A DNA stretch of 64,000 bases from an uncultured Gemmatimonadales bacterium (GTDB lineage Bacteria > Gemmatimonadota > Gemmatimonadetes > Gemmatimonadales > GWC2-71-9): positions 64,001 to 128,000 of the forward strand of contig CAWJIM010000002.1 in the NCBI GenBank assembly GCA_963842945.1, written 5' to 3'. Under the pieces are notes generated by a model. That model searched no databases and was not told the DNA's origin. It saw only the letters and a list, made by a program, of their open reading frames with translations. The translations under genes were made by a program, and so were the position numbers. Position 1 is the stretch's first letter. Every line of letters starts with the position of its first letter. Positions 41,011 through 56,001 of this stretch are shown here, piece by piece.

Positions 41011-42188
41011 CCCAGCGCTTGGGCGAGCGCCAGAGCGCTTCGCGCGCTCCGGCAACGTCGTGCACCCGGAACAGCCGGGCTCCCCGCTCGTAGGCCAGGG
41101 CGCAGGCGGTCGCGGTGGCCCGGTCGCGCTCCTCCACCGGCACCCCGGTGACGGCGCCCAGAAACCGCTTGCGGGAAGGACCAACCAGAATCGGCCGTCC
41201 CAGCGCCTGGAGCGCCGGCAAGCTGATCGAACAGCACCAGATTCTGCTCGGCGGTCTTGGAGAAGCCGAACCCCGGGTCGACCACGGTGGCGTCCGGCCC
41301 GATGCCCGCCGCGGCGGCGCAGCTCGAGCGCCCCTCGCAGCTCCCGACAGCACCCCGCCACCACGTCCCCCCGTAATCGGCATGACGTGTAGGAGGCGAT
41401 CTCGAGAATGGAGCCGCGCGAATGCATCAGGATGACGCCCGCACCGGCGCCGGCCACCACTCCCGGCATGCCATCTCAGGATCGAGCCGCAAGGCCGAGA
41501 CATCGTTCACCACGCGGCGCCCGCGTCCAGCGCGGCCTCGCGCCACAGCGGCCTTCACCGTGTCGATAGAGACGAATCAGGGACGGGATGCTCCCGCGAC
41601 GAGCGCCTCGATCACCGGGATGACCCGGCGCAGCTCCTCCTCTGCGGGACCGCCTCGGTGCGGCCCGGGCGGGTGGACTCGCCGCCCACATCGAGAATGG
41701 CGGCACCCGTCCGCGAGCAACTTCTCGCCGTGAGCCAGAGCGCGCATCGATCCTGGCGAATCGGCCGCCGTCGCTGAAGCTGTCGGGCGTGACGTTGAGG
41801 ATCCCCACCAGAACCGGCCGGTCGAGAGACACCGACGCCCCGAGCGGTCTGCCAGCCGGGTGACCGGTCCGGCCGGCAACGCCAGTGCCGATCCCTGCGG
41901 CCGATCTGCGTCAACGGCTCGGGAACGGTCCAGGGCCGGGCCAGCGCACTCAGTCGGGACCGGCTGCCGGCCAGGATCGCCCAGGAATCGCCGGTGAGCA
42001 CCTCGAGCCCGAGCCCACCTGCAAACGGGACCAGGGCCTCGAGTGGCTCCCTGGTCCAGTCCGGTCAGATGAAAAGCGGAGGTGTGGATTCCTTCGGCGG
42101 CGGTACTCCGCCAGCGCCTCCTCCCAGCCGTGGGAGCGGAGCGCTTCACGCACCGCCCGGGGTGAGTGAAGCGCCAGCGGCGTAACAT

Positions 42189-42192
<4 letters not shown>
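40997..42192 (-). CDS. folP: Dihydropteroate synthase with N-terminal extension; many frameshifts
   Basis: GILNVTPDSFSDGG, DVGGESTRPG, DPGFGFSK, GPSRKRF, FRVHDV; GTG start overlaps the ftsH stop. Confidence 0.9.
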
Positions 42193-44180
<1,988 letters not shown>

Positions 44181-44737
44181 TTATTCCAAGTCCGCAATGA
44201 ACGGGAGATGACGGAAATTCTCGGCGTGGTCGAGTCCGTAGCCCACCAGAAAGGCCGGTGGCGCCCGGAACCCCACGAAGCGGAGCTCCGGACGCGGCTC
44301 GGACGCCAGCTGCTTGTCCAGCAGCGCGCAGATCGCGAGGCTCCGCGGCTGCCGCGCGCCCAGCAGCGCCATCAGGCGCTGCAGGGTCTTGCCTGTATCA
44401 ATAATATCCTCAACCAGGAGGATATGTTTGCCCTCGAGCCGGGTTTCGGGGTCGTAGAGCAGCCGAACCGTGCCGCTCGACACTTTTCCGTCGCCATACG
44501 AGCTCGCCACCAGGAAGTCGACCTGCATCGGCCGCTCGATCTTGCGGACCAGATCGCTCAGAAAGATGAAGCTGCCCTTGAGCAGCCCGAGCACCAGCAG
44601 CTCGCCGTCGGGATAGGCCCGGGTGATCTCGTCAGCCAGCGCCTGGACCCGTCGCGGCAATGGTCTGCTCGTCGAAGACGATCGACTTGACCGGCTCGAC
44701 CTCCGGTCCGGCGCAGCACCTCAGGCGTACTCAGCAT
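44181..44737 (-). CDS. hpt: Hypoxanthine phosphoribosyltransferase; frameshift(s) near the 5' end
   Basis: GLLKGSFIFLSDL, ILLVEDIIDTGKTL, FLVGYGLD; tilS-hpt-ftsH synteny. Confidence 0.94.
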
Positions 44738-46054
44738 CGACGCGCAGCGCCTCCGTTCCACGGGCCGGGGACCCGGGCATCGGAACGGCAGACACCCGGG
44801 AATCCAGATGATCTCCTGATCCTGCGCGAGCACCGGCCAGGACTCGCCGCCGGCTTCGCGGCACCCGCACCTCCTGAAAGCAGCGCACGACCAGCCGCCG
44901 TCCGGTGCCTCCGAGGGGCCTGCAGCTTCGTCACCCGGAGACCAGCCCCGAACCGTCAGCGGATCCAGGGTGAACCAGGCGCTCAGCCCCGTCCGCTCCT
45001 GCTGCTCCGGGGCGGCCGCCCGGTGCCAGCGGAACCGCCAGCGCCCCCAGGCCCCCGTCCCTTCATGGCCGTCAAGCGCCCAGGGGGGCGGAGCAGGTTC
45101 CTCGATGGCGCGCCCGATACGCAGGCGGCCGAAGCCCAGCTCCGCGGTCCAGGCCCCGCCCAGGGGCACTCGATCACCGCTCGCGCCGCGTGCGAATAAG
45201 GCTGAGAACCCGGCCGAGCGCGAGGGGCCCCAGCGGGCAGCCGGCCCGCCGAGCCAGCGCGAGAATGGCCGCCTGGGTCAGGGCTGAATCATAGCCCCCG
45301 AGGGAGTTGGGCAGCAACGGAAATCCCGCCGCTTCGGCCCGAAGATCGAGGCCGGGCAGGGCATCCAGAACCGCATCCCAGGCCGCGCGGTCGCGCCGCG
45401 GCCTGGCGTCGCGATTCGCTGGAGATTCGAGTCCACTTCGGCCAGTCGGCCGCGGAGCATCGGGAGCAGCTCGGTCCGAAGCCAGGAACGCAGATGGCGA
45501 GGGTCCGCATTGGCGGGATCGAGCCAGGGCTCGAGCCCAGCTGACCTCAGGTGCTCCTCCAGCTCGGCGCGGGTAAAAGGAAGCAGCGGCCGAACCACCC
45601 GTCCCTGGCGCGAGGCCATTCCGGCCAGACCGGCCGGACCGGAGCCGGCCAGAACCCGCATCAGCACCGTTTCGACCTGATCGTCGGCGTGGTGAGCCGT
45701 GAGAATGAAATCGGCACCGACTCGCGCCGCGCGTGGCCTCCAGCCAGGCGTAGCGTTGTGCCCGCGCCTCGGTCTCGGTGGCGGCGGGACCAAGCGCGAG
45801 ACGCCCCACTTCGACAGGCAGGCCATATCCGGCTGCAATGCCGTCCGAACCCGCTCGGCAACCAAGCCGCTCTCTGGCTGGATTCCATGGTCCAGGTGGG
45901 CTACGAGAAGCTCGAGCGCATGATGGGCCCGGGTTTCTACCAGGAGATCCAACAAGACAAGTGAATCGGGGCCACCCGACACAGCGACCAGCACTCGCCC
46001 GGCGCCGAGCTCGAGTGTGGACAGATGCGCTGTGAAACGTTCGGTCAACCCCAT
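44731..46054 (-). CDS. tilS: tRNA(Ile)-lysidine synthetase; several frameshifts
   Basis: VAVSGGPDS, AHLDHG, TAHHADDQVET, VRPLL, DPANAD; C-terminal domain pieces. Confidence 0.92.
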
Positions 46055-46277
46055 GTCCCAAACTTAACAAGTCCGGTAGAGGTTCAGCTCGGCGTAACCG
46101 GTCTAGTGCGCATTCCACCAGGCGATGTATACTGGTGGACCCCCAATCGTCAGTGTTGCCGCTCTTCAACAGTTGTAGCAGGTCCCCGTCCACCGAGACC
46201 CCGGTCGAGGCTCGTTAGGTCCACAACTGCGCCCTCTCGTGCGCCGAGTGGTCTGGCGTGAATCATGAGCGGGACCG

Positions 46278-49200
46278 ATGCAACAAGCGATGGAGTTCCC
46301 CCGCTCCGCCGCGAGGCGCCCTTGGAGGGCCCCGATGTCGCCAGTGTCGCAACGCCGTTCCCGCCTGCGTACCATCGTCCTCTGGGCCGCTCCGCTCACC
46401 TGGCTGGGCTGCGGCGGGGGCGGCGGCACCGACATAGTGCTTCCCTCGCTCAGCGTCACCACCGCCACCGACGGAGTCGAGCTCGACCCCGACGGGTACA
46501 CCCTGATAATCGACGGCTCCGACACCGAGACCATCGGCGTATCCGCCTCGGTGGTGGTGGAGCGGCTCACCGACGGTCCACACCAGGTCCAGCTTGCCGG
46601 CCTCGCGCCCAACTGCTCGGCACAGGGAGAGAATCCCCAGTCGGTCACGGTTCACTCCGGCAGCACTACCACCGCCTCCTTCTCCGTCCGGTGCAGCGCC
46701 ACCAGCGGAAGCATCGAAGTGGCCACCTCGACCAGCGGCTCGCCGGCCGACCCCGACGGATTCACCCTGCTGGTCGATGCCAATCCATGGGGCCCCATCC
46801 CGCCGGGCGGAACGGCCAATGTTGCGGGCGTGACCCCCGGCTCACACAGTGTCGGTCTCGACCGGCCTGGCCGCCAACTGCCAGGTGGACGGGGATAACC
46901 CCCGCACCGTCACGGTGGCGGGGGGTGAGACGGTTCAGGTTCCCTTTAGCGTGACCTGCGCCGACCCAGGACCCGCTCCGGGAACGCTAACCGTCACGGC
47001 CACGACCAGCGGCTCGGATCCGGACCCCGACGGCTACAGCGTGTCGCTCGACGGCGGAGCCAGTCAGCCGCTCGGCGTTAACGCCTCTATCAGCTTGCCC
47101 AACATTCCAAGCTCGTCGCACCAGGTGGAGCTCATCGGCGTCGCGCTGAACTGCACGGTGAGCGGGGCCAATCCCAGGAACGTGACGGTTGCGGCCGGGA
47201 AGACCGCCAGTGTGGCTTTCAACGTGACGTGCTCGGCGCCCACGCCGGATGCAGGCAGCCTCGAAGTCACCACGAGCCACTACCGGTACCGACCCGGACG
47301 ACGGCTACACGGTCACCGTCGATGGCGGCACGGCTCAGTCCATCGGTGCCAATGCCACGATCTCCCTGGCGAACGTGCCAGCAGCGGAGCACCAGGTGCG
47401 ACTGCAGGGAATCGCGGACAACTGTACGGTGCAAGGCGCCAACCCGGTCCCGGTAACGGTCACCAGCGGAGCCGTGGGCCGAGCCGCTTTTCAGCTGACC
47501 TGCACCGCTCGGCCGCCTCAGCCCGGCACTCTCCGGGTGAACGTCACGACCACGGGGGCATCCCAGGACGGCAGCTACACGGTAAGCGTGGACGGGGCAA
47601 CGGCGCTGACGCTCAGCGGCGGGCGCACCATTCAGAATCTGACCCCAGGCTCGCATTCGGTGTTGCTGGGCGACGTCGCGGCCAACTGTACCGTCTCTGG
47701 ATCGAACCCCGCGGACCGTCACGGTGACCGCGGGGCAGACCACGACGCTCACCTTCCGGTCACCTGCGTCACAACCGGGCAATCGGTGAACCTCCGCATT
47801 CAGCGGGTGTGGCTCACCCAGAGCACGCAGAACGCGGAGGGCAGCGTCCCATTGGTCCAGTCCCGCGACGGGTTCCTCCGGGTGTTCGTCACCGCGACCG
47901 GTGGCACCCTGGTTGCGCCCGCCGTCCGGGTCCGCTTCTACCAAAGCGGAGCGTTGCTTCAGACCTTGACCATCCCGGCGCCGGGCAGCTCGACCCCATC
48001 GGCCATCCAGGAGGGCACTCTCAACAGCTCCTGGAATGTCCAGGTCCCCGGCTCGCTGATTCAGCCCAACACCTCGATGCTGGCAGACGTTGATCCGGAC
48101 AACAGCATCGCGGAGACCAACGAGGGCGACAACAACTCCACTCCCTCGGGCATGGCCCAGCCGCTCAGCGTGCAGGCGGTGCCGTCCGCCATCGTTCGCC
48201 TGGTCCCGATCCGGCAGACGGCCAACGGCCTGGTGGGAACCGTCGGCTCTGCCGATCAAGCGCTGGATCTGACCCGCCGGATGTACCCGCTCGGCAACGT
48301 CAGCACCGAAGTGCGTCAGGTGTTCACGGTCGCAGGGTCCGCTCCAGGCGTTCAACGAGAACAACGAGTGGAACCAGGTCCTGGGCGACCTGGAAGCGCT
48401 CCGGATCGCCGACGACGCGACCGACCGCACGTACTACGGCGTGGTGCACCTGGATTACACGTCAGGGATCGTGGGGAACGGATACGTGGGTGGTGGTACG
48501 CCATCGGCGCTCGGCTGGGACAATCCGTCGGACATGAGGCGGGTGATCGCGCACGAGCTGGGTCACACCTGGGGACAGTAGCACACGCCATGCGGCACAC
48601 CGCCGCGGCGTCGACCCGGCCTATCCCTACCACCTCGGGCAACATCGGGGTGTATGGCTACGACCTGGGCAACGGGACACTCAAGACTCCCAGCCAGCCG
48701 GACATCATGGGCTACTGCAACAATCCCTGGGTCAGTGACTACATCTATCAGCGAGTAATGAGCTACCGCCGAGCCCATCCACTGAACGCGCAGGCGGCCG
48801 AGGCGGCGCAGCCCTGCATCCTGGTTTGGGGCCGGATTGTGAATGGTCGCGCCATTCTCGAGCCGACCTTCCAGATCGTGACCCGGCCGCGAATGCCGCA
48901 GAGCCGCGGACCCTACACCCTCGAAGCTCAGGCAGCGGACGGCTCCTCGCTCTTCAACCTGTCCTTCGACGCTACGCCGAGGGCGGACGCGGGTCAGAAC
49001 AGCAGACACTTCGCCTTCGCCATCCCGATCGATCAGGCCACGGCGGCGCGCCTGGGAACGATGCGGCTGACCGGCCCGGGCATTCAGCTCGCCGCGGTCA
49101 GGCAGTCGGCGACGCTGCTCCAGCGCGGCCCGGTACAGGACAACATCACCGCACGGCGGGAGACCGGTGCCATTGCGCTCCAGTGGAATGCCGCTGCGCA

Positions 49201-49354
49201 CCCGATGCTGATGGTGCGGGACCCGGACACCGGCGAGGTGCTCTCCTTCGCCCGCGGCGGGAACGCCCGGGTGTGGACCGGCAAGAGCGCGGTGGATCTA
49301 GAGGTGTCGAACGGCGTGCAGAGTCACCGGGTGCGTCTGGCCATCAGCCGCTGA
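46278..49354 (+). CDS. Putative lipoprotein: five Ig-like repeats + CARDB-like domain + M66/StcE-like zinc metallopeptidase; frameshifts and an in-frame TAG
   Basis: Lipobox-like LTWLG-C; repeats with DPDGY and [36 protein letters not shown] (frame-shifted segment 48340-48620); DIMGYC..PWVSDY Met-turn. Confidence 0.8.
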
Positions 49355-50137
49355 TAGGCGGATGTGGGAGCCGCCTGGGTGCTCGACCCCCTGGCGGCTG
49401 CCGCAGGACGCTTTTCCTCCCCCGGCTCGACGTTCTCGGTGCGGTTGGAGTGCCAGACCCGGCTCTTTCCGCCCGCGATCTCCTCCATGGTTCGCCGGGT
49501 GGCCACCGAGGTCTGATGTTCGGCGGTGACGTCCGATCCTTCGGCCGGCATACTCGTCGCGGTGCTTGATGAGGAGCCACTGGGCCTTGCCCTTCTCGTC
49601 GCGGCGGGTGCGCACCAGCACCCAGGAGCCGCGCAGCCGTTTGCCCCTGCAGCACGAACTTGAAGTCGCCCTTCTGATACCCTCGCCGTAGCCCTTCGAT
49701 CGGATCGGGATCGCTGCCGCCGTAGCTGTACGTACCCCGGTCCCACAGCATCACCGTGCCGCCGCCGTACTCGCCTTTGGGGATGGTGCCCTCGAAGCTG
49801 TTGTACTCGATGGGATGGTCTTCCACCTGCATGGCGAGGCGCTTCACCGTCGGGTCCAGGCTGGGCCCTTTGGGAACGGCCCAACTCTTCATCACCCCGT
49901 CCAGCTCGAGCCGAAGGTCGTAGTGCAGGTGACTGGCGGCGTGCTTCTGGATGACGAAGGCCAGCTTCTGCTTGCCCGCGCACGCTACCGCCTCGTGGCT
50001 CCGCCGTCCGGGTGAAGTCCCGCTTGCGCCGATACTCGGCCAGCTGCGATTCGGCGCTTGCTGCGGACTTGGCGGCGAGTGGACGCCTTCTTCGAGCTGC
50101 TCCGTTTCGCTCGTTGCGGCTGACTTTCTTCGGGCAT
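49344..50137 (-). CDS. Stand-alone LigD 3'-phosphoesterase domain protein; frameshifted
   Basis: [73 protein letters not shown]. Confidence 0.88.
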
Positions 50138-50140
50138 CGA

Positions 50141-50542
50141 TCAGGATTTCCTTTTGTGCGCCACCCGCTTGGCATGCCGGGAGAGCGCGCTGTGCGAGAC
50201 CGCGGACTTGGGCTCCCGCTTGAGCCGCTGGGTCATCGCCTTGCTGCGCTTGCGCGACGGCCGGCTCGGCTTCCGCTTCCCCTGGCCCACGGCGTAGTCG
50301 CGTTCGGCCGAGCGGCGGGTGCTCTTCTTGGTCTGACCTTTCTTGGGCGGCTTGAGCGGCACCCCCGCGCGCCGGGCCTTGGACAACCCGATCGCAATGG
50401 CCTGTTCCGGCGACCGGGCGCCGTGCTTCCCCCGCGGATATGTTCGATTTCTTCCCGCACAAATTCGCCCGCAGCGGTCGACGGGCTTTTCCCGGCCCGC
50501 AGATCTGCTCGCGCTTTCTTCAGCGTTGTCTTTGTCGGGCAT
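50141..50542 (-). CDS. Small basic putative DNA-binding protein (DUF6496-like); compensating frameshifts
   Basis: [26 protein letters not shown] with a Lys/Arg-rich tail. Confidence 0.7.
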   Translation of the reverse strand: MPDKDNAEESASRSAGREKPVDRCGRICAGRNRTYPRGKHGARSPEQAIAIGLSKARRAGVPLKPPKKGQTKKSTRRSAERDYAVGQGKRKPSRPSRKRSKAMTQRLKREPKSAVSHSALSRHAKRVAHKRKS

Positions 50543-50598
50543 GCGTCGCCTCCTGCACTAACGCTGTAGGACCGGGCTCAGCGCCGCCGTGCTCGCAA

Positions 50599-51564
50599 TC
50601 ACCTGTCAGAGCAGCCGATCCAGAGTTGTAGCGGCCTCGCGTGCCGCCAGGAGCGGCTTCCAGAGGTCTCCGAGCTTCCGCACCCGGTCCGGGAACGTTG
50701 TCCATCCGGAAGTCCGCGATGTCGAAGCCCTGCTCCACCTCCTCCCAGGTCACCGGCGTCGAAACGGTGGCCTGCTCGGTGGGCCGGACCGAATAGATCG
50801 ACGCCAGGGTGCGCCCCCAGGCGTTCTGGTTGTAGTCCACCAGGACCCGCCCGTGCGGCCGCTTGGCCACTCGGTACTCCGCCGTGATGAGCTGCGGATA
50901 CAGCTGCTCCATCTGCTTGGCGAACGCCTTGGCGAACTCGCCAGACGTCCTTCTGCAGCGGGCCGCGCACGATCGGGCACATAGACGTGAATGCCCTTCG
51001 AGCCGCTGGTCTTCGCCAGCGGTTTCATCCCCAGGTGAACCAGCGCATCGCGCACCACGATCGCGGTCTCCAGCACCTGCTCGAAGTCCGGCACCCTCGC
51101 CCGGATCGAGATCGAAATGCAGGTAGTCGGGCCGGTCGGTGTCGTCGCAGCGGGCGTACCACTGGTTGAGATCGATGCAGCCGAGGTTGACCACCCAGAG
51201 CAGCGAGGCGAGGTCCTGCACCATGGGGAAAGGCGATCACATTGCCCGAGTCGTGCGTGATCTCGCAGGTCTCCAGCCACTCCGGCCGGGGCGACGGGGT
51301 GCGCTTCATGAAGAACCACTTGCCCCGAATCCCGTTGGGGTAGCGCTTCATCACCATCGCGCGGTCCTTCAGGTGCGGCAGCAGCACCGGGGAGACGTCG
51401 GCGTAGTACTGGAGCAGATCGCGCTTGGTGAGACCCAGCTCGGGCCAGAAGACCTTTCGAGATTGGTCAGCTGTACCGTCCGGTCCCCGATCCGTACGAC
51501 CTCGTTCTCGGAGCCGGTGGGCAGCTGCACTGGCCGCGGAGCGAATGGCCGGCTTCGGTGTCAC
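50599..51564 (-). CDS. Stand-alone LigD polymerase (AEP primase-polymerase) domain; frameshifted
   Basis: KVFWPELGLTKRDLLQYY, MKRYPNG, FFMKR, PDYLHFDLDP, KTSGSKGIHVY, VLVDYNQN, YSVRP, VSTPVTWEE. Confidence 0.9.
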
Positions 51565-52171
51565 CGCCGGCGGGCCAATTTAGGCGGGCGCGGGCCTCGC
51601 CGGATCGCCCCGGCCACCGGCTGGTAGGTCAGCTCCTGGCCTCGCTTCGCGCCGCCCGAAGCAGAAGCCCGCCCCGGCTCATGTCGCCCCGGCCCACGAA
51701 CTCCACGGGAAAGAGGAGCCGCTCGCCCAGCATCTCCAGCAGCACGTCCACGTACTTCCCGGTCGCCACACTGCCGAGCAGGACGACCTCGAGGTCGTCG
51801 AGCTGCTCGAGCCGGGCCGAGGTCGCGCCTCAACGGGGTGCGGTACTCGGGACGATCCGCGCGGATGTCGACCGTGCCGAACTCGCGCAGGTCCGCGAGG
51901 CCGATCGGGGTGTCGGGCGGGAGCAGTCCCCGGTCGGTGGTGATGACTTGAACTCCGGCCTGCCCTCGGGCGGACGGGCGAAGTGGGCGGCGTAGGTCAG
52001 CTTTCCCCGGAAATAGAGTCCGCTGAGGAAGCTGAACGCCTCACCCAGGGAGATGCCCGGCGAGCGAAGCCGCTGGGCCAGGGGAAAGGCCGCCCGTTCG
52101 TTGAGCAGAATGGCGGCGCGCTTGCCGCCACAGTGCGCGGGAGAGAGAAGAAAGATTCGCCGTGCGGGCAT
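51561..52171 (-). CDS. Conserved-looking hypothetical protein; frameshifted
   Basis: RIFLLSPAHCGGKRA, FSFLSGLYFRGKLTYA and, in shifted frames, VVLLGSVATGKY and FVGRGDMSRG. Confidence 0.6.
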
Positions 52172-52219
52172 CAATCCTAGCTGGATTGCCTCGCCCGGTC
52201 CCGGTAGCGCACCCGGTCG

Positions 52220-52650
52220 TTAGCCCGGCGTCCCCGCGGAGCCGGCGGGCCCAGGATGGGTGCCAGGAACTTGTGCAGGGTCTCGGTGGTGAAGGGCTTC
52301 TCCAGGAAGGGCAGCTCGGGATAGGCCGGCGACCAGCTCGGCGATCTCGCCCACCGGGTAGGCCGACATCAGAATGATCGGCAGCCGGGGATGCAGGTCC
52401 CGGGCCCGCTCGGCCAGCTCGCCTCCATCCATGTATGGCATGACCACATCGGTGAGTACGAGACGGATCTCGCCCGGGTGCTGCTGGATGTAGCGGAGCG
52501 CCTCGCGGCCATCGCGCGCGGTTCGGGCCTGGTAGCCCAGGGCGCGAACCATGCGGCAGGTTGTACTGAGCGGGGCGTCTCTTCATCATCGACGATCAGC
52601 ACCGTGGGTTCGGCGGAGAAACGGGACCGGCGGTCTCCTCGGCTGGGCAT
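52220..52650 (-). CDS. Single-domain response regulator receiver; frameshifted
   Basis: VLIVDDEE, LVLTDVVMPYMDG, ILMSAY, LEKPF (in a shifted frame). Confidence 0.8.
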
Positions 52651-52906
52651 GCGGGCTCCGGGCAGCGCAGGCTGCCTTTGCCCTCCCCACGAAGAGGGAC
52701 TCTATGAATGTCGTCCGCACGCCAAGGTCGCGCGGCTATAACCCACATCAAGTAAGACCGCTAACTCTCCAGTATGCAAGGGGTATAGGCCGAGGAGGGG
52801 CCGGATTGCACGGGCGATTATACGAGCGCTGCAGGACTCGGGGAAATCGGCCAGACTCCTGGGGGGCTGCCCGCGGTCAGTGACACCGCGAGCAGTTCCC
52901 CATCGA

Positions 52907-53256
52907 TCAGGCGGGCGGCTGAGTGGTGCACATGTGCTTGGTGTTCGAGTACTGCGACTGCAGGAAGTAGTGACGAGCCTTCAGCAGGAGATTGCTGCCG
53001 AAGGTGGAGCACATGTCCGAGATCTCGAAGCCGAACAGCGCATTGGCCCAGGCGTCGAAGTCGGGATCGGTAATGGTTTCCAAAACCTCATGCGCCAGGG
53101 TGGAGCCGGTGGCGTGGTACACAGACTTCACCCGGCGGGTCTTGCGATCGATCCTGCCCCGGGCCTCCGTGCGGCCTTATCGCCCGGCCGGCGCAGTCTG
53201 ATATCGATTTTGGCGGGAGGACCGGGATGATGATGAAGGTGGCGGCGATAAGACAT
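52907..53256 (-). pseudogene. C-terminal fragment resembling bacterial Phi-1/EXORDIUM-like proteins
   Basis: LAHEVLETITDPDFDAW...EISDMC...FLQSQYSNTKHMC; N-terminal part absent or disrupted. Confidence 0.4.
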
Positions 53257-53277
53257 GCTGTTGTTGGAACGGTTCGT

Positions 53278-53833
53278 TCAGCGAACCGAGACCATCAATA
53301 TGTGCACCGGCTCCTGGGTGGGGTTCTGCCACCTTCGCGCAACGCCCGGTCTGATCGTCACTGCGTCACCGGGATGTAACTCGTGTTCCTGCGCCTTTGC
53401 TCCCCTGGCCTCGTTCGGCTGCTCCAGTGAAAGAACCGCGGAGCCTTTGAGTAGATAGGCGAACTCCTCCCGAGTCGATGAGTAGGGCCGCGTACCGCTG
53501 GTTCCCCCCGGCCCCAGAATCAGCAGCACGGGCTCCAGCCGGGCATCCCTCCGAGTACTCCCAGTGCCTCCAGCCGGGCCTTGGACCAGTCACTGGTAAG
53601 GGCAACCCGAGCTTCGACCCGGGTGACGTATGACGACGCCGACTTGGGGCGGTCCGCACCTTCGAAAATCTGGCCCATGCTGACGCCGAGTGCCAGCGCG
53701 ATGCGCTCCATCGACGCGATGGAGGGAGAGGCCTGGCCGTTTTCGACTTGGGAAAGGAAGCTGGCCGAGAACCCCGCCCGCTCCGCCAGAGACTCGTCAT
53801 CTGACTCAGGACGTGCTGGCGGAGTGGATCCAT
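53278..53833 (-). CDS. XRE-family HTH + cupin transcriptional regulator; frameshifted
   Basis: LAERAGFSASFLSQVENGQASPSIASMERIALALGV; cupin EEFAYLLKG...LHPGDAVTI...WQNP. Confidence 0.8.
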
Positions 53834-54034
53834 GAGCTGGAGGATCTAACCGAACGCTCCTACTCGCAGTGGCCGTCCCGCGAGAGCGATGGGTACGAGC
53901 AGGAGAGCAGGCGCTGGCAGACGTGGCTTCCAGAGGGTTTGCTGCTGGCGGAACCCGAGCGCAGACGCCAGACAGCATGAGGCATCGAGATCTCGAGTAG
54001 AACGATCCCGACATCCGGGGCCCGGCCCGGGCAA

Positions 54035-54062
54035 ATGGAAAAGCCCGGCAGCATCCGGGCTT
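54035..54062 (-). terminator. Intrinsic terminator after tRNA-Met
   Basis: Stem AAGCCCGG (54041-54048) / CCGGGCTT (54055-54062), followed by a T-run on the minus strand. Confidence 0.65.
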
Positions 54063-54075
54063 CCGATCCTCCAAG

Positions 54076-54149
54076 TAGCAGGGGCGGGACTCGAACCCGC
54101 GACCCCGGCATTATGAGTGCCGTGCTCTAACCAGCTGAGCTACCCTGCC
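54076..54149 (-). tRNA. tRNA-Met(CAT), probably elongator; CCA not encoded
   Basis: GGCAGGGTAGCTCAGCTGGTTAGAGCACGGCACT-CAT-AATGCCGGGGTCGCGGGTTCGAGTCCCGCCCCTGCTA; lacks the initiator C1:A72 mismatch and the GGG/CCC anticodon stem. Confidence 0.93.
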
Positions 54150-54162
54150 GTCTTCTTCCAAC

Positions 54163-54324
54163 AGCGTAAGCGGGAACAGCAACAGGTAAGCGGTAAGCGG
54201 GAACTGCCCGGCTCACCCGCTACTCTCAAAAATAACCCCGCCCACTCTTTTTGCTTTTCCCGCTCACCGCTCACGCTTTTGCAGTTACCGCTCACGCTTT
54301 TGCTTCCCGCTCACGCTTTTGCGG

Positions 54325-54339
<15 letters not shown>
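54163..54339. repeat. Inverted short-repeat element (GTAAGCG/GTGAGCG versus CGCTCAC arrays)
   Basis: CCGCTCACGCTTTTGC at 54267, 54288, 54307 and (truncated) 54328; opposing GTAAGCGG units at 54166-54203. Confidence 0.9.
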
Positions 54340-55966
<1,627 letters not shown>

Positions 55967-56001
55967 ACGGCGCCCGAACCTAGCCGGGTCAACCACGATC
56001 C

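Noticed and set aside
46174..46184. attR-like copy of the tRNA-Met 3' end (GTAGCAGG)
   Set aside because: Only an 8-bp match, expected by chance; no integrase
48579..48581. Pyrrolysine or other stop-codon recoding at the in-frame TAG
   Set aside because: No pyl genes seen; TAG is used as a normal stop elsewhere in the window; the region is error-rich
54076..54149. tRNA-Ile2(CAT) or initiator tRNA-fMet
   Set aside because: Lacks initiator hallmarks and resembles elongator Met in the acceptor and anticodon arms; Ile2 is not fully excluded without an isotype-specific covariance model
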